From an uncultured Candidatus Saccharibacteria bacterium (GTDB taxonomy: Bacteria; Patescibacteriota; Minisyncoccia; Phycocordibacterales; UBA12079), in the NCBI GenBank assembly GCA_964486155.1, contig CAZAKQ010000005.1:1-45484 (forward strand): DNA of 45,484 nt, given 5' to 3'. A program made the position numbers and the translations under genes. This document shows, piece after piece, positions 19,917 through 29,877 of this stretch; the stretch's first letter is position 1; each line of letters opens with the position of its first letter. A model generated the notes under the pieces. That model was not told the origin of the DNA. It did no database searches and saw nothing but the letters and a program-made list of their open reading frames with translations.

Positions 19917-20973
19917 CTTCGTCTTGAATTAAAATCTCTTCATAAATCTTTAAATCATCTAAAACAACCCCTGTTCCTCGAGCCACTGAAGTTAAAGGAT
20001 TATCAACTACATAAACAGGAACTTTTATTATATCTCCTAATAATTTATCAAGATTTTTTATTAAAGCACCTCCTCCTGAAAGATAAACTCCTCTATTTAA
20101 AATATCTGAAACAATTTCTGGAGGAGTCATCTCTAAAACTTGTTTTACCGCATCTAGAAGAACAACTAAAGATTGAGAAATAGCTTTTCTAATATGAGTA
20201 TCATTTACTTTTATTTCTTTAGGTAATCCTGAAACCAAGTCTCTTCCTCGCATAGTAGTTTCCAAAGCCTGTTCAAGAGGAATAGCCGAACAAATATCAA
20301 TCTTCAATCTTTCAGCAGTTTTCTCTCCAATTAAAATTTTAAACTTACTTCGCATATATTGAATAATATCTTCATTAAATTTATCACCTGCTATTCTTAT
20401 ATTTTTTGAATTAACTACCCCCCCTAAAGACATTACGGCTATATCCGTTGTTCCTCCTCCTATATCAATCATTACTGAACCGATTGCATCTTTAATCGGC
20501 AAACGACTACCAATCGCTGCTACCATAGGTTCTTCTACAATATGAACTTCTCTAGCTCCAGCATTTTTTACAGCATCTCTTACTGCTCGAGTTTCTACAT
20601 TGGTAATTCCTGAAGGTACTCCTACTACTACTCGAGGTCCTATAATTTTTTTAGAATTATCCTGAGCCTTATTTAAAAGATAAGCTATCATTTCTTCGGT
20701 AACTTCAAAATCAGAAATAACTCCATCAACTAAAGGTCGAACAGCTGTAATATGAGTAGGAGTTCTACCAACCATTTTTTGAGCTTGTTTCCCTACCGCT
20801 ACTACTCGTCCAGTTTTTGTATTTAAAGCAACTACTGAAGGCTCATTCAAAACAATCCCTCTTTCTTCTACATAAACAAGAGTATTAGCAGTTCCTAAAT
20901 CTATTCCAATATTATTTGAGAATAAATTTTTGAATTTTCTTTTTAATTTTTCTAAAAATTTTATTTTTTTCAT
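19894..20973 (-). CDS. mreB: actin-like MreB
   Basis: IGIDLGTANT, DIGGGTTD, LSGGGAL. Confidence 0.98.
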   Translation of the reverse strand: MKKIKFLEKLKRKFKNLFSNNIGIDLGTANTLVYVEERGIVLNEPSVVALNTKTGRVVAVGKQAQKMVGRTPTHITAVRPLVDGVISDFEVTEEMIAYLLNKAQDNSKKIIGPRVVVGVPSGITNVETRAVRDAVKNAGAREVHIVEEPMVAAIGSRLPIKDAIGSVMIDIGGGTTDIAVMSLGGVVNSKNIRIAGDKFNEDIIQYMRSKFKILIGEKTAERLKIDICSAIPLEQALETTMRGRDLVSGLPKEIKVNDTHIRKAISQSLVVLLDAVKQVLEMTPPEIVSDILNRGVYLSGGGALIKNLDKLLGDIIKVPVYVVDNPLTSVARGTGVVLDDLKIYEEILIQDEDGIPLKE

Positions 20974-20985
20974 TATCTATTATTT

Positions 20986-22239
20986 TTACTTAATCATTTC
21001 AAAAAATTCTTCTATTGAAATAATTTTGGATTCTTCTTCATTTCTTTTTTTAATTTCTACCCCTCCACTATTTAAACTTTTTTCACTAACTACTACTCGA
21101 TATGGAATCCCTAATAAATCAGCGTCAGCAAATTTTTCTCCAGCAGTTGCTTCTCTATCATCATATAAAACTTCAATGTTTTTTTCATTTAATTGATTAT
21201 AAATTTCTTCTGCTTTTTCCCTTGGTCCGCCTTTGGAGGAATTTTGCCCTAAAGAAAGTAAATGAACTTTAAAAGGAGCAACTGACTCTGGCCAAATAAT
21301 ACCTTTTTTATCAGAAAGAATTTCAGCCACAATACCCATCAATCTCCCTGGTCCAATACCGTAACTTCCCATAACTACCAATTCATTTTCTCCTTTATCA
21401 TTTTTATAAGTTAAATCAAAAGCTTCTGAAAATTTTGTTCCTAGATTAAAAATATTTCCGGCTTCAATTGCTTTTTCCTTTCTTAAATCTGTATTTCCAC
21501 ATTCAGGACAAGAATTTTGTTCCGTAATTATTTCTTCATTTACAGCAACTGAACATTTATCACAAATATGAATAGTGTCCTCCCCCGCTTCTGATAGAGT
21601 TTGAAATTCATGTGAATATTTACTAAAAGTTCCTCCTGAAGCATATGTCATAAAAGTTTGATCTCCAATTCCAACTTCATTAAAAATATTTTTATAAGCT
21701 ATCTTTGATTTTTCATAAAAATCACTATGTTCTTTTTCATCTTTAGAAAAAGAATACATATCCTTCATAAAAAATTCTCGTCCTCGCATAATTCCACTTT
21801 TTACTCGAGCTTCATTTCTAAATTTAGTTTGAATCTGATAAACAGACACTGGCAAATCTTTAAAAGAAGAAATATGATTTTTCATCATTTTAGTTAAAGG
21901 TTCTTCATGAGTAAAAGCCATTCCTAATTCAGTTTTATTTTTCAAATGAGTTTTAAACCAATTATCTACAACTTCATTATTCCAACGATCTGTTTTTTTC
22001 CAAACTTCCTGATCTTGAAGAATTGTCATAAATAATTCTTGTCCACCAATTAGGTTCATTTCTTTTTTGAGAACAATATTTATTTTTTCTAAAACTCTTA
22101 AACCTAAAGGCAAATAAGCATAAGCTCCTGCAATTTCCTTATTAATAAACCCTCCCCTTATTAGTAATTGAGCATTTTTAGAGACTTCATCTTTAGGAGC
22201 TTCTTTCCTTGTTTTTGTAAATAGTTTAGATTGTTTCAT
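20986..22239 (-). CDS. proS: prolyl-tRNA synthetase, short form without INS editing domain
   Basis: THEE, YQIQTKFRNEAR...MRGREFFMKDMYSF, GSYGIG, anticodon-binding domain. Confidence 0.95.
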   Translation of the reverse strand: MKQSKLFTKTRKEAPKDEVSKNAQLLIRGGFINKEIAGAYAYLPLGLRVLEKINIVLKKEMNLIGGQELFMTILQDQEVWKKTDRWNNEVVDNWFKTHLKNKTELGMAFTHEEPLTKMMKNHISSFKDLPVSVYQIQTKFRNEARVKSGIMRGREFFMKDMYSFSKDEKEHSDFYEKSKIAYKNIFNEVGIGDQTFMTYASGGTFSKYSHEFQTLSEAGEDTIHICDKCSVAVNEEIITEQNSCPECGNTDLRKEKAIEAGNIFNLGTKFSEAFDLTYKNDKGENELVVMGSYGIGPGRLMGIVAEILSDKKGIIWPESVAPFKVHLLSLGQNSSKGGPREKAEEIYNQLNEKNIEVLYDDREATAGEKFADADLLGIPYRVVVSEKSLNSGGVEIKKRNEEESKIISIEEFFEMIK

Positions 22240-22399
22240 ATATGCATATATTACCTTATTATTTAAATTTAATCAAAATAAAAAATGTGAGGTCTCTAAG
22301 ACCCCACACTTTTTAAAGACTTTTAATCCGATGTTTTTCATGTTATATTTTCAGGCAGAAGTTTAAATTAAATCATAACTATTATAAAGGGGTTAAATT

Positions 22400-22603
22400 A
22401 TGCTTAATATTTTTTCTCTTAAAAACAAAAAAAGAGTAAGTAAAACACCGCAAGAACTAATCATTGAAAAAGCCCAACAAGAATATCCTAAAAATAAATT
22501 CGGAACTTTTACAACTTCTGATGGAAGAGTAGGCAAAAAAACCAAAGAAGGAGTAATAGGAGTTTATGATCCTAAAACTCGCAGATTTATACGACTAAAT
22601 TAA
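22400..22603 (+). CDS. hypothetical protein, 67 aa
   Basis: AAGGGG SD-like site; first gene of a two-gene unit convergent with secD. Confidence 0.65.
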   Translation: MLNIFSLKNKKRVSKTPQELIIEKAQQEYPKNKFGTFTTSDGRVGKKTKEGVIGVYDPKTRRFIRLN

Positions 22604-22614
22604 AGGAAATTTTT

Positions 22615-22797
22615 ATGGTTTTTTATTTTGATGAACAAAATCTTGAACAAACAAAACAAGATTTTGAAAAAGAATGCCCTGGAATAGGAATAGCCTGTCT
22701 AATTAGTAATAATGGAGGAATAGCTGTGAGAAGAGATTCCCAAGGAGTTATTACTTATTATGACAAAGAAAAAGATGAGATAGTAGAACTCATCTAA
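22615..22797 (+). CDS. hypothetical protein, 60 aa
   Basis: AAGGA SD; followed by terminator. Confidence 0.65.
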   Translation: MVFYFDEQNLEQTKQDFEKECPGIGIACLISNNGGIAVRRDSQGVITYYDKEKDEIVELI

Positions 22798-22811
22798 TAA
22801 AGCCGTGTTTT

Positions 22812-22842
22812 AAAGGCCTAAAATATTTTAGGCCTTTTTTTT
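22812..22842. terminator. bidirectional terminator
   Basis: AAAGGCCTAAAATATTTTTAGGCCTTTTTTT hairpin with T-tract. Confidence 0.8.
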
Positions 22843-24151
22843 ATTTTATTCCAGAGCTAAATAAAAATTTCTTCAATCTTGAATCCTCTTTAGGACTAAT
22901 AGCTAACAAAAAAGTTCTGGTAATTAAAATAGCTGTTATCATACTAACTAAAATTCCCAATCCAAAAGTTAAAGCAAAACCTTCAACTAAAGAAGTTCCA
23001 AACCAAAATAAAATAATAGCCGTAATAATACTTGAAATATTAGAATCTCGAATACTCAACCAAGCTCGAGAAAAACCCTCTCTAATAGCTGACGAAATAT
23101 CTCTCCCTCCGCCAGCTGGCGGATTCAGCTCTTCTTTAATTCTTTCAAAAATCAAAACATTCGCATCTACTGCCATTCCTATAGATAAAATAAATCCAGC
23201 TATTCCAGCAGAAGTTAAAGTGATTGGAATTAATTTAAAGATAGCCAACAAAATAGAAATATAAATAATCAAAGAAATAGAAGCTACTAAACCAGGAATT
23301 CTATACCACAAAACCAAGAAAATCATAACAATAATTAACCCATAAATTCCGGCTAATACTCCCTTATTCAATGTGTCTTCTCCTATGGAGGCTCCAATAG
23401 ATTGTGTAGAAATTAATTCTATAGGAACTGGCAAAGCTCCATAATTAATATCTCTCACTAATAACTTAGCTTCTTGAGGGGTGAAACCTCCACTGATTTG
23501 AGCTTTACCATCTCTAATTTCATCTCTAATCACTGGAGTTGAAATAGGAGAATTATCTAAAAATATAGCTAAGATTTCCCCTATATTTTCCTTAGTAATT
23601 TTTGCAAAAAGTTCCTTTCCTTCTTTATTAAAAGATAATAAAACTATTGGTTCCCCTGAAGTTGAATTAAATTGCAATTGAGCACCGTCAATCATTCTTC
23701 CTGTAATTCCAGTATTTTCAAAAGAAACTTGGGGTTCAATATTTTCACCATCTGAACTAGAATAAGATTCTTTAGCTAATTTAAATTCTAATAAAGGAGT
23801 TTGACCTATCATTTCTACAGCTATTTTTATATCTGTTACTCCAGGTAACTCAACAATCAATCGCTGTTCTTTTTCTCCCTCTATTGAATTTGCTTTTTCT
23901 GTTTGTACTAAAGGTTCAGCTACTCCAAAAAGATTAGTTCTTCTTTCAATAATATCCCTCAAAGAATCCATAGAATCTTTTATTTCAGTAGAATCTAAAT
24001 CAGAAACATCAGCAGAATAAACCAAATGGGTTCCTCCAGCAATATCCAAACCAAATTTATAGGGGAATTTAGTTTCTTCTATTTTTACTACAAACAAAAC
24101 AGTAAAAACAGCTAATATTAAAAGTATAAAAGCTATTATTCTAATTTTCAT
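22841..24151 (-). CDS. secD: protein translocase subunit SecD
   Basis: GLDIAGGT, IVELPG, IGMAVDANVLIFERIKEE, GFALT. Confidence 0.96.
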   Translation of the reverse strand: MKIRIIAFILLILAVFTVLFVVKIEETKFPYKFGLDIAGGTHLVYSADVSDLDSTEIKDSMDSLRDIIERRTNLFGVAEPLVQTEKANSIEGEKEQRLIVELPGVTDIKIAVEMIGQTPLLEFKLAKESYSSSDGENIEPQVSFENTGITGRMIDGAQLQFNSTSGEPIVLLSFNKEGKELFAKITKENIGEILAIFLDNSPISTPVIRDEIRDGKAQISGGFTPQEAKLLVRDINYGALPVPIELISTQSIGASIGEDTLNKGVLAGIYGLIIVMIFLVLWYRIPGLVASISLIIYISILLAIFKLIPITLTSAGIAGFILSIGMAVDANVLIFERIKEELNPPAGGGRDISSAIREGFSRAWLSIRDSNISSIITAIILFWFGTSLVEGFALTFGLGILVSMITAILITRTFLLAISPKEDSRLKKFLFSSGIK

Positions 24152-24191
24152 GGTGTGAAGTATAACAAATGTTAATTAAGATGCAAATAAT

Positions 24192-25289
24192 TTAAAATAA
24201 CTTAAATACATCAGAAACGGTTACTATCAACATTAAAATCATCAACAAAACAAAGCCTAAAAAATTCAAAAAATTAGCTATTTTAGGTTTTATAGTAGAG
24301 CCTTTAATGGCTTCAATTGCAAGAAATAACAATCTTCCTCCATCTAAAGCGGGAATAGGAATTAAATTTATTACACCTAAATTAATAGAAATCAAAGCAA
24401 CAAAACTTAATAAATAAACAAAACCAAACTCAAAAGCGTTTCCTACCATGGATACTATTCCTACTGGACCAGAAATTTGAGCCAGTGAACTAACTCCTGT
24501 AAAAATTCCCCAAATAAAAGTAATTAATCCTACAGTAATTGCGATAATCAAAACTCCTGTCATTTTTAACCCTTCCCAAACGGACCTAATAAAATCTAAT
24601 TTTACAGTTCCTACAATGTCAAAAGAAACTCCTATAGCTAATTTATCAGAAATTAAATCTTTTTGAGGAGTCACCGTAGTCAAAAAAGTTTCTTCTCCTC
24701 TTTTATACAAAATTTCTATTTCTTTTCCTTTTCCTGAAGAAATAAAATCAGAAGGAATATTTGTATTTTTAAAATTTTGTATCCCTTTTCCTTCTGAACT
24801 TAAATGTAAAACAACATCACCTATTTTAAGACCAGCTCTTTCAGCAGGAGTATTTGGCAAAACATCCAATAAAATTAAAGCTGGATCTTCAATTATTCCA
24901 GCTTCAAACTGACTAGCTGACACTGGCATTCCAGACATAAAAGTAATGGTAAATAATAGCCAAGCTAATAGAAAATTAAAAGCTACTCCAGCAGCTAAAA
25001 CCAAAGCTTGATTTATTTTGGATTGACTAGTAAATCTTCTATTATAATTTTTTTCTTTTTTATCTTCCTCTTCTTCTAAATCTTCACCCAAAATTTTACA
25101 ATATCCTCCTAAAGGAATAATTCCAATAGAATATTTTGTTTCTCCTTTTTGTTTACTAAAAATTCTAGGAGGAAAACCAATAGCAAATTCCTCTACCAAC
25201 ATTCCTGTTTTTTTAGCAAAAATAAAATGACCCAATTCATGGACAAATATCAATATGGCAAGAACTATAATAAATATAATGATGTTCAT
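24192..25289 (-). CDS. rseP: RIP metalloprotease RseP (site-2 protease with PDZ)
   Basis: HELGH, PDZ PAERAGLKIGD, NLIPIPALDGG; start at MNII 25289 preferred over 25331. Confidence 0.93.
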   Translation of the reverse strand: MNIIIFIIVLAILIFVHELGHFIFAKKTGMLVEEFAIGFPPRIFSKQKGETKYSIGIIPLGGYCKILGEDLEEEEDKKEKNYNRRFTSQSKINQALVLAAGVAFNFLLAWLLFTITFMSGMPVSASQFEAGIIEDPALILLDVLPNTPAERAGLKIGDVVLHLSSEGKGIQNFKNTNIPSDFISSGKGKEIEILYKRGEETFLTTVTPQKDLISDKLAIGVSFDIVGTVKLDFIRSVWEGLKMTGVLIIAITVGLITFIWGIFTGVSSLAQISGPVGIVSMVGNAFEFGFVYLLSFVALISINLGVINLIPIPALDGGRLLFLAIEAIKGSTIKPKIANFLNFLGFVLLMILMLIVTVSDVFKLF

Positions 25290-25314
25290 AATACTAAAAT
25301 TTAGACTAATATTA

Positions 25315-25500
25315 AAATTTTCAATAATCAATTCTCAATTTTCAAGGAATTTTCTATAAATTAATTTTCAATGTTGATGAATTTTGGCTTTCCTCCTGAG
25401 GCGGACAAGCGCTAAAATCCGTGTTTGAAAACCTGCCTGCTGACAGACAGATTGATCATTTTTTCATTGATTGAAAATTGAAAATTGTAAATTGAAAATT
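25315..25500. repeat. inverted (AATTTTC)n/(GAAAATT)n heptamer arms enclosing palindromic elements
   Basis: 25330-25354 is the exact reverse complement of 34075-34099; contains CCTCCTGAGGCGGAC and CCTGCCTGCTGACAGACAG. Confidence 0.8.
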
Positions 25501-25508
25501 TTTAGTTA

Positions 25509-26054
25509 CTATCCCTTAATATCTATTTCTTTCTTATTCAACAACTCTTCTAATTGAAGCACTCCTTTGTCTATAATTTCTTGCATTTGATCTTTATAAG
25601 TAAATTTCTCATCTTGGCTAATTTCTCCTTCTTTTTCTTTAGCTTGAATATCATTCCAGATATTTTCTCTTTCATTTCTCAAGGTTACTTTTGCTTGTTC
25701 TAAAATTGTTTTAGCTTTTTTAACTAATTCTTCTCTTCTTTCTCCTGTTAAATCAGGAAAAACTAATCTTACTCCCGTTCCATCTACTACAACAGAAACG
25801 CCTAAATCAGCATCTATTAAAGCTTTTTCTATATCTTGTATTTGTGAAGCATCATAAGGGTTTATTTTCAAAGACTTTGCATCTTCAACATTAATATTTG
25901 CCATTTGATTAATAGGTGTTAGAACTCCATAACTTTCTACCTTAACATTGTCTAAAATAGAAATAGAAGCTGATCCCGTTCTTAAACTAGACAATTCTTT
26001 AGAAAGCCAAGCCTCTACATTTTTAATTTCTTCTTCTAATTTTTTAAAATCCAT
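25509..26054 (-). CDS. frr: ribosome recycling factor
   Basis: LRTGSAS, VESYG, PDLTGERREELVK, LRNER. Confidence 0.96.
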   Translation of the reverse strand: MDFKKLEEEIKNVEAWLSKELSSLRTGSASISILDNVKVESYGVLTPINQMANINVEDAKSLKINPYDASQIQDIEKALIDADLGVSVVVDGTGVRLVFPDLTGERREELVKKAKTILEQAKVTLRNERENIWNDIQAKEKEGEISQDEKFTYKDQMQEIIDKGVLQLEELLNKKEIDIKG

Positions 26055-26262
26055 AATTATATATTAGGTATTAAGTAGCATGTATTACGTATAAAAAATT
26101 ACTTGGTAATTTTTTTATATTTTTAATCCTCTACTTTTTACTTTTTGATAATTAATTAATAATTTTTAATTTTATAGACTGCTTTGTCCTTCGCAGAAAC
26201 GAATTTTTGCTTCGCAAAAATTCGACTACTCTAACAACCTAACTACCTAAACACCTAACTAT

Positions 26263-27114
26263 CTAAACTAATATTTCTTTAACTTCATTTAAAACAGATT
26301 TTGCTTTTTCTTTTGAAATATTGAATCTATCTAATAATAATTCTCCTCCTTCTAATAATTCCTTACAAAATAAAATCTTGTCTGCCAAAATTCTTTTTTT
26401 ATCACTTGAACTTAATGATTTCAGAACTGTTATAGGAAATAGTCTGGCACTACTTATTAAATCATGTAAATTATTTCCTAATGGATAATTCCAACTCATT
26501 AAATTTAAATCAGGATTACATTCAGCATATTTTATTGCCTGTGAAGTAAATTTAGTATTAGTAATTAACCAATTTTCTATCTTTAATTTATTGTCAATAT
26601 TTCTATAATATTCTCCTTTAGCGATGTCATCAAATCTTTCTTTTACATACAAAACCACTTTCAAATCAGATTTGATTCCTTGTTTATTATGGAATTTAAT
26701 TTCACTGAGTATAAATTTTTCATCATTTTGAGCAACTAAATCTATTTCATGAGAAACACATAAACCTTTTATATTTTTTCTTAACAAAACCTTATAATGA
26801 AGTTTTCTAAAAATAGCTCCTACAAAATCCTCAAATATAAAACCCTGAGGTCCTAAATTCATAACAGCTTTTTTAAGAGAATATTTAGAAGCTGGAAGTA
26901 AATCAATTTCATTTAACATTCTAAAAGCTTTTCGATAAATCTCAGAAGTTGTCATTTCATTTTCTAATTTTGAAGAAATATTATTTACAACTTGTAAAAT
27001 AGTTTTTTGATCTGCTCCAGCTCTCCTTAAAGAATTTTCTAGCTTAGAAGCATCAAATAATTCTTTTTCTCCGTTTGCTTTTATAATATATACTTCTTTT
27101 TCTTTTTGTTGCAT
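26263..27114 (-). CDS. ATP-cone domain fused to PD-(D/E)xK restriction-endonuclease-like domain
   Basis: IIKANGEKELFDASKL ATP cone; GFIFEDFV, HEIDLVA...EIKFH, ITNTKFT. Confidence 0.85.
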   Translation of the reverse strand: MQQKEKEVYIIKANGEKELFDASKLENSLRRAGADQKTILQVVNNISSKLENEMTTSEIYRKAFRMLNEIDLLPASKYSLKKAVMNLGPQGFIFEDFVGAIFRKLHYKVLLRKNIKGLCVSHEIDLVAQNDEKFILSEIKFHNKQGIKSDLKVVLYVKERFDDIAKGEYYRNIDNKLKIENWLITNTKFTSQAIKYAECNPDLNLMSWNYPLGNNLHDLISSARLFPITVLKSLSSSDKKRILADKILFCKELLEGGELLLDRFNISKEKAKSVLNEVKEILV

Positions 27115-27236
27115 ATTTATATTATATCACACCTATGATTAGATATTAATCTAAGATCAAATTTTCAATTCTTAATTTTTAAATACTTGTTCAATAATAG
27201 ATTCTATTATCGTTTAAAAATTATTAACAAAAATAA

Positions 27237-27272
27237 AAAAGGCTTTGAGAAATAATATACTCAAAGCCTTTT
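27237..27272 (-). terminator. terminator of orphan ORF 27285..27974
   Basis: AAAAGGCTTTGAG...CTCAAAGCCTTTT. Confidence 0.8.
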
Positions 27273-27284
27273 AGAAAAAAAATA

Positions 27285-27974
27285 TTACACTAATCTAATA
27301 CAACTTTTTTCTTTTTTACTTTTTATAAATTCTTTAATAGCAAACCTTGGAGGAAATATTTTCCAAATCTCCAAAATTATCAAATATAAAAAAAACATAC
27401 CAAATAAAACTACAATCCAAGTAATTATAGTTCCTATTATTAGGATAGCTATACCATATCCACTAGACAAGGTAAGTATGCACAAAATTAATAAAAGGTA
27501 TTTCCAAGGTGCTAGCCATTTTTTTTCCTTTTTACCATATCTTTGATATCTATAAAAATGATCTTTTGAAAAAAATTCAAAAAAATCATTAGGTGGAAGC
27601 AAAAATCTAGGTAAATGACCAAAAAATGTATGAACTATTATCAATAAAAACCAAACTATATATTTAAATAATGACCATACGATAAGAGTAATAGCACTAA
27701 ACCAAGCTAACATGAAAATTCCCCAAAATAATTGACAAATATCTTTAGGTTTAGACAATCCTTTTTCTCGATATATGTTTAATTCATAAAAATATTGAAT
27801 TACAAATCCTTTTTCTTTAATTTGCAACATGCCTTCTTTAGTTCTTCCCGCCCTACGATCAATAGCCAATTCTATTAGCAACAAACAAAAAGCAGTGTAA
27901 TAAACAGGTATTACACACAAACATGTCACTAATAACTCTAACCACGTAATTCCTAAAATTATCTCATCATTCAT
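27285..27974 (-). CDS. hypothetical multi-pass membrane protein, 229 aa
   Basis: several hydrophobic segments; GGAGG SD; TTGACT/TATGAT promoter. Confidence 0.8.
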   Translation of the reverse strand: MNDEIILGITWLELLVTCLCVIPVYYTAFCLLLIELAIDRRAGRTKEGMLQIKEKGFVIQYFYELNIYREKGLSKPKDICQLFWGIFMLAWFSAITLIVWSLFKYIVWFLLIIVHTFFGHLPRFLLPPNDFFEFFSKDHFYRYQRYGKKEKKWLAPWKYLLLILCILTLSSGYGIAILIIGTIITWIVVLFGMFFLYLIILEIWKIFPPRFAIKEFIKSKKEKSCIRLV

Positions 27975-28237
27975 CTTAATTCCTCCAATTAAATTGTTTA
28001 TATTTATATAAAGCTTTAAAAAGCATTTTTTAAGAACTAACTAATTTAATCATACTCAAAAAGACTTTAAAGTCAATTTATCCAACTTGAATTCAAACAT
28101 AAGAAAACAATTCTTAAAATCCTTGTTTAAAAATTTAAACATTAAAAATTGACTCATTGAAAATTGTTTGAAAATTAGAAATTAAAAATTGAAAATTTGA
28201 TTAAATAAAAACTTATTTTTTTTAAAAAAATAAGTTT

Positions 28238-29368
28238 TTATTTAATCACCCCTCCTCCCAAACAGATATCTCCGTCATAAATTACAATAGATTGTCCAGC
28301 AGAAGCTGTTTTTTGTTCTTTTTCAAAATTAACAAAAATTTGGTTTCCCTCCTTTTCTAATTTACAATCTTGTAATTTTTGTCGATATCTAATTCTTGCT
28401 TGATATTTTTTATTAAAATCTGGTTCCTCCCCTAAAATCCAATTTACATCCCGAATTTCAATCTGGAGAGGTCCGACCTCTCCATTTATAGATTTTAATG
28501 TATTTGAAACAATTAAAGTATTGTTTTCTAAATCTTTAGCAACAATATAATAAGCTTTATCGTCAGTTCCTTTTTCTAAAATCTTAAAACCGTGTCTTTG
28601 TCCTAAAGTGTAATAATAAACTCCATCATGTTCCCCTATCTTTTCTCCATCAATATTTAAAACATCACCAGTTTTTTGTGGAATAAACCTTTCTAAAAAT
28701 TCTTTCATATCCACCTTACCCACAAAACACAGTCCTTGAGAATCTTTTTTTTGGGAATTAATTAAAGCAAATTTTTTAGCCAATTTTCTAACTTTTGATT
28801 TTTTAAATTCTCCCAAAGGAAACAAACAATATTTTAATTGATTTTGTGTTAAAGTCCATAAAAAATAAGACTGATCTTTCCCCTCATCCACCCCCGCCAA
28901 CAACTCCCACTTGGCAATCGGATTGCCAAGTGATTCATTTTCACTTGGCAATCCGATTGCCAAGTGATTTAATTGAACATAATGTCCTGTAGCAATATAA
29001 TCAGCTCCATTTTGCAAAGCAAAATCTAAAAAAGCACCAAACTTAATTTTCTTATTACACATCACATCAGGATTTGGAGTTCTTCCTTTTTTATATTCTT
29101 TAATCATATAATCAAACACTCCTCGCTTATATTCTTTTTCTAAATCTAAATCTAAAAATGGAATTTCTAAAAAAGCACAGACTCGCATAACATCTAAACG
29201 GTCTTCTTTCCATTGACATTCTACAAAATCAGGTTGCCAAACTTTAATAAAAACTCCCGTAACATCATAGCCTTGTTTTTTTAATAAAACTGCTGTTACA
29301 AAAGAATCTACTCCTCCTGACATGCCTACAAATACTTTTTTATTCTTCATTTTAATTTTTTCTTTCAT
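28238..29368 (-). CDS. mnmA: tRNA 2-thiouridylase MnmA, carrying in-frame palindromic inserts
   Basis: GMSGGVDS, TPNPDVMCN, ATGHY, KDQSYFL, DSQGLCF, YTLGQR. Confidence 0.97.
   Translation of the reverse strand: MKEKIKMKNKKVFVGMSGGVDSFVTAVLLKKQGYDVTGVFIKVWQPDFVECQWKEDRLDVMRVCAFLEIPFLDLDLEKEYKRGVFDYMIKEYKKGRTPNPDVMCNKKIKFGAFLDFALQNGADYIATGHYVQLNHLAIGLPSENESLGNPIAKWELLAGVDEGKDQSYFLWTLTQNQLKYCLFPLGEFKKSKVRKLAKKFALINSQKKDSQGLCFVGKVDMKEFLERFIPQKTGDVLNIDGEKIGEHDGVYYYTLGQRHGFKILEKGTDDKAYYIVAKDLENNTLIVSNTLKSINGEVGPLQIEIRDVNWILGEEPDFNKKYQARIRYRQKLQDCKLEKEGNQIFVNFEKEQKTASAGQSIVIYDGDICLGGGVIK
28908..28966. repeat. two inverted copies of a 25-bp palindrome inside mnmA
   Basis: CACTTGGCAATCGGATTGCCAAGTG (28908-32) and CACTTGGCAATCCGATTGCCAAGTG (28942-66); core GCAATCGGATTGC also in 45055-45081. 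Confidence 0.95.
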
Positions 29369-29411
29369 TTTACTTTCCTAAATAATTTCTTTTTAAATCT
29401 AATATTATTAC

Positions 29412-29439
29412 TATGGTTTTATTGATAAAACCATAGTAA
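29412..29439. repeat. 28-bp palindromic direct repeat, copy 1 (mirror arms extend over 29395-29452)
   Basis: TATGGTTTTATTGATAAAACCATAGTAA, identical at 29745-29772. Confidence 0.92.
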
Positions 29440-29444
29440 TAATA

Positions 29445-29735
29445 TTAGATTTTATTTATAATTTTATCAAAAAATAACAAAAATTGTTTTCCTCTTTCTG
29501 TTATTTTATGCTCAACACTTGAACCTTTGTAATTTTTATAAATAAATCCAACTTTTTCTAATCTTTGGACATGCGAAGCTCCTGTTTGGTAATTTATTTT
29601 TAAAATATCTAAAATCTCTTCAACATTTAATTTAGGTTTCTTGTTAATTAAAATTAAAATTTTAATCCTCTTTTTGTTATCAACAGCTTTCATAAAAAGC
29701 TCTAATAATTTTATTTGTTTTTCTGTTATTTTCAT
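29445..29735 (-). CDS. ArsR/SmtB-like winged-helix DNA-binding protein
   Basis: KAVDNKKRIKIL...LNVEEI...SHVQRLEKVGFI...ITERGK. Confidence 0.85.
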   Translation of the reverse strand: MKITEKQIKLLELFMKAVDNKKRIKILILINKKPKLNVEEILDILKINYQTGASHVQRLEKVGFIYKNYKGSSVEHKITERGKQFLLFFDKIINKI

Positions 29736-29744
29736 ATTTTTTAT

Positions 29745-29772
29745 TATGGTTTTATTGATAAAACCATAGTAA
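29745..29772. repeat. 28-bp palindromic direct repeat, copy 2
   Basis: identical to 29412-29439, just upstream of the wHTH start codon. Confidence 0.92.
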
Positions 29773-29877
29773 CTTTTGTATTAAAAATACTTTTTTAAAT
29801 TCTAAATTATTTAAATTTTAAAAAAGTATTTCCAAAAAATAATTGTTTTTTATAAATAATATATATCATAGTATATA

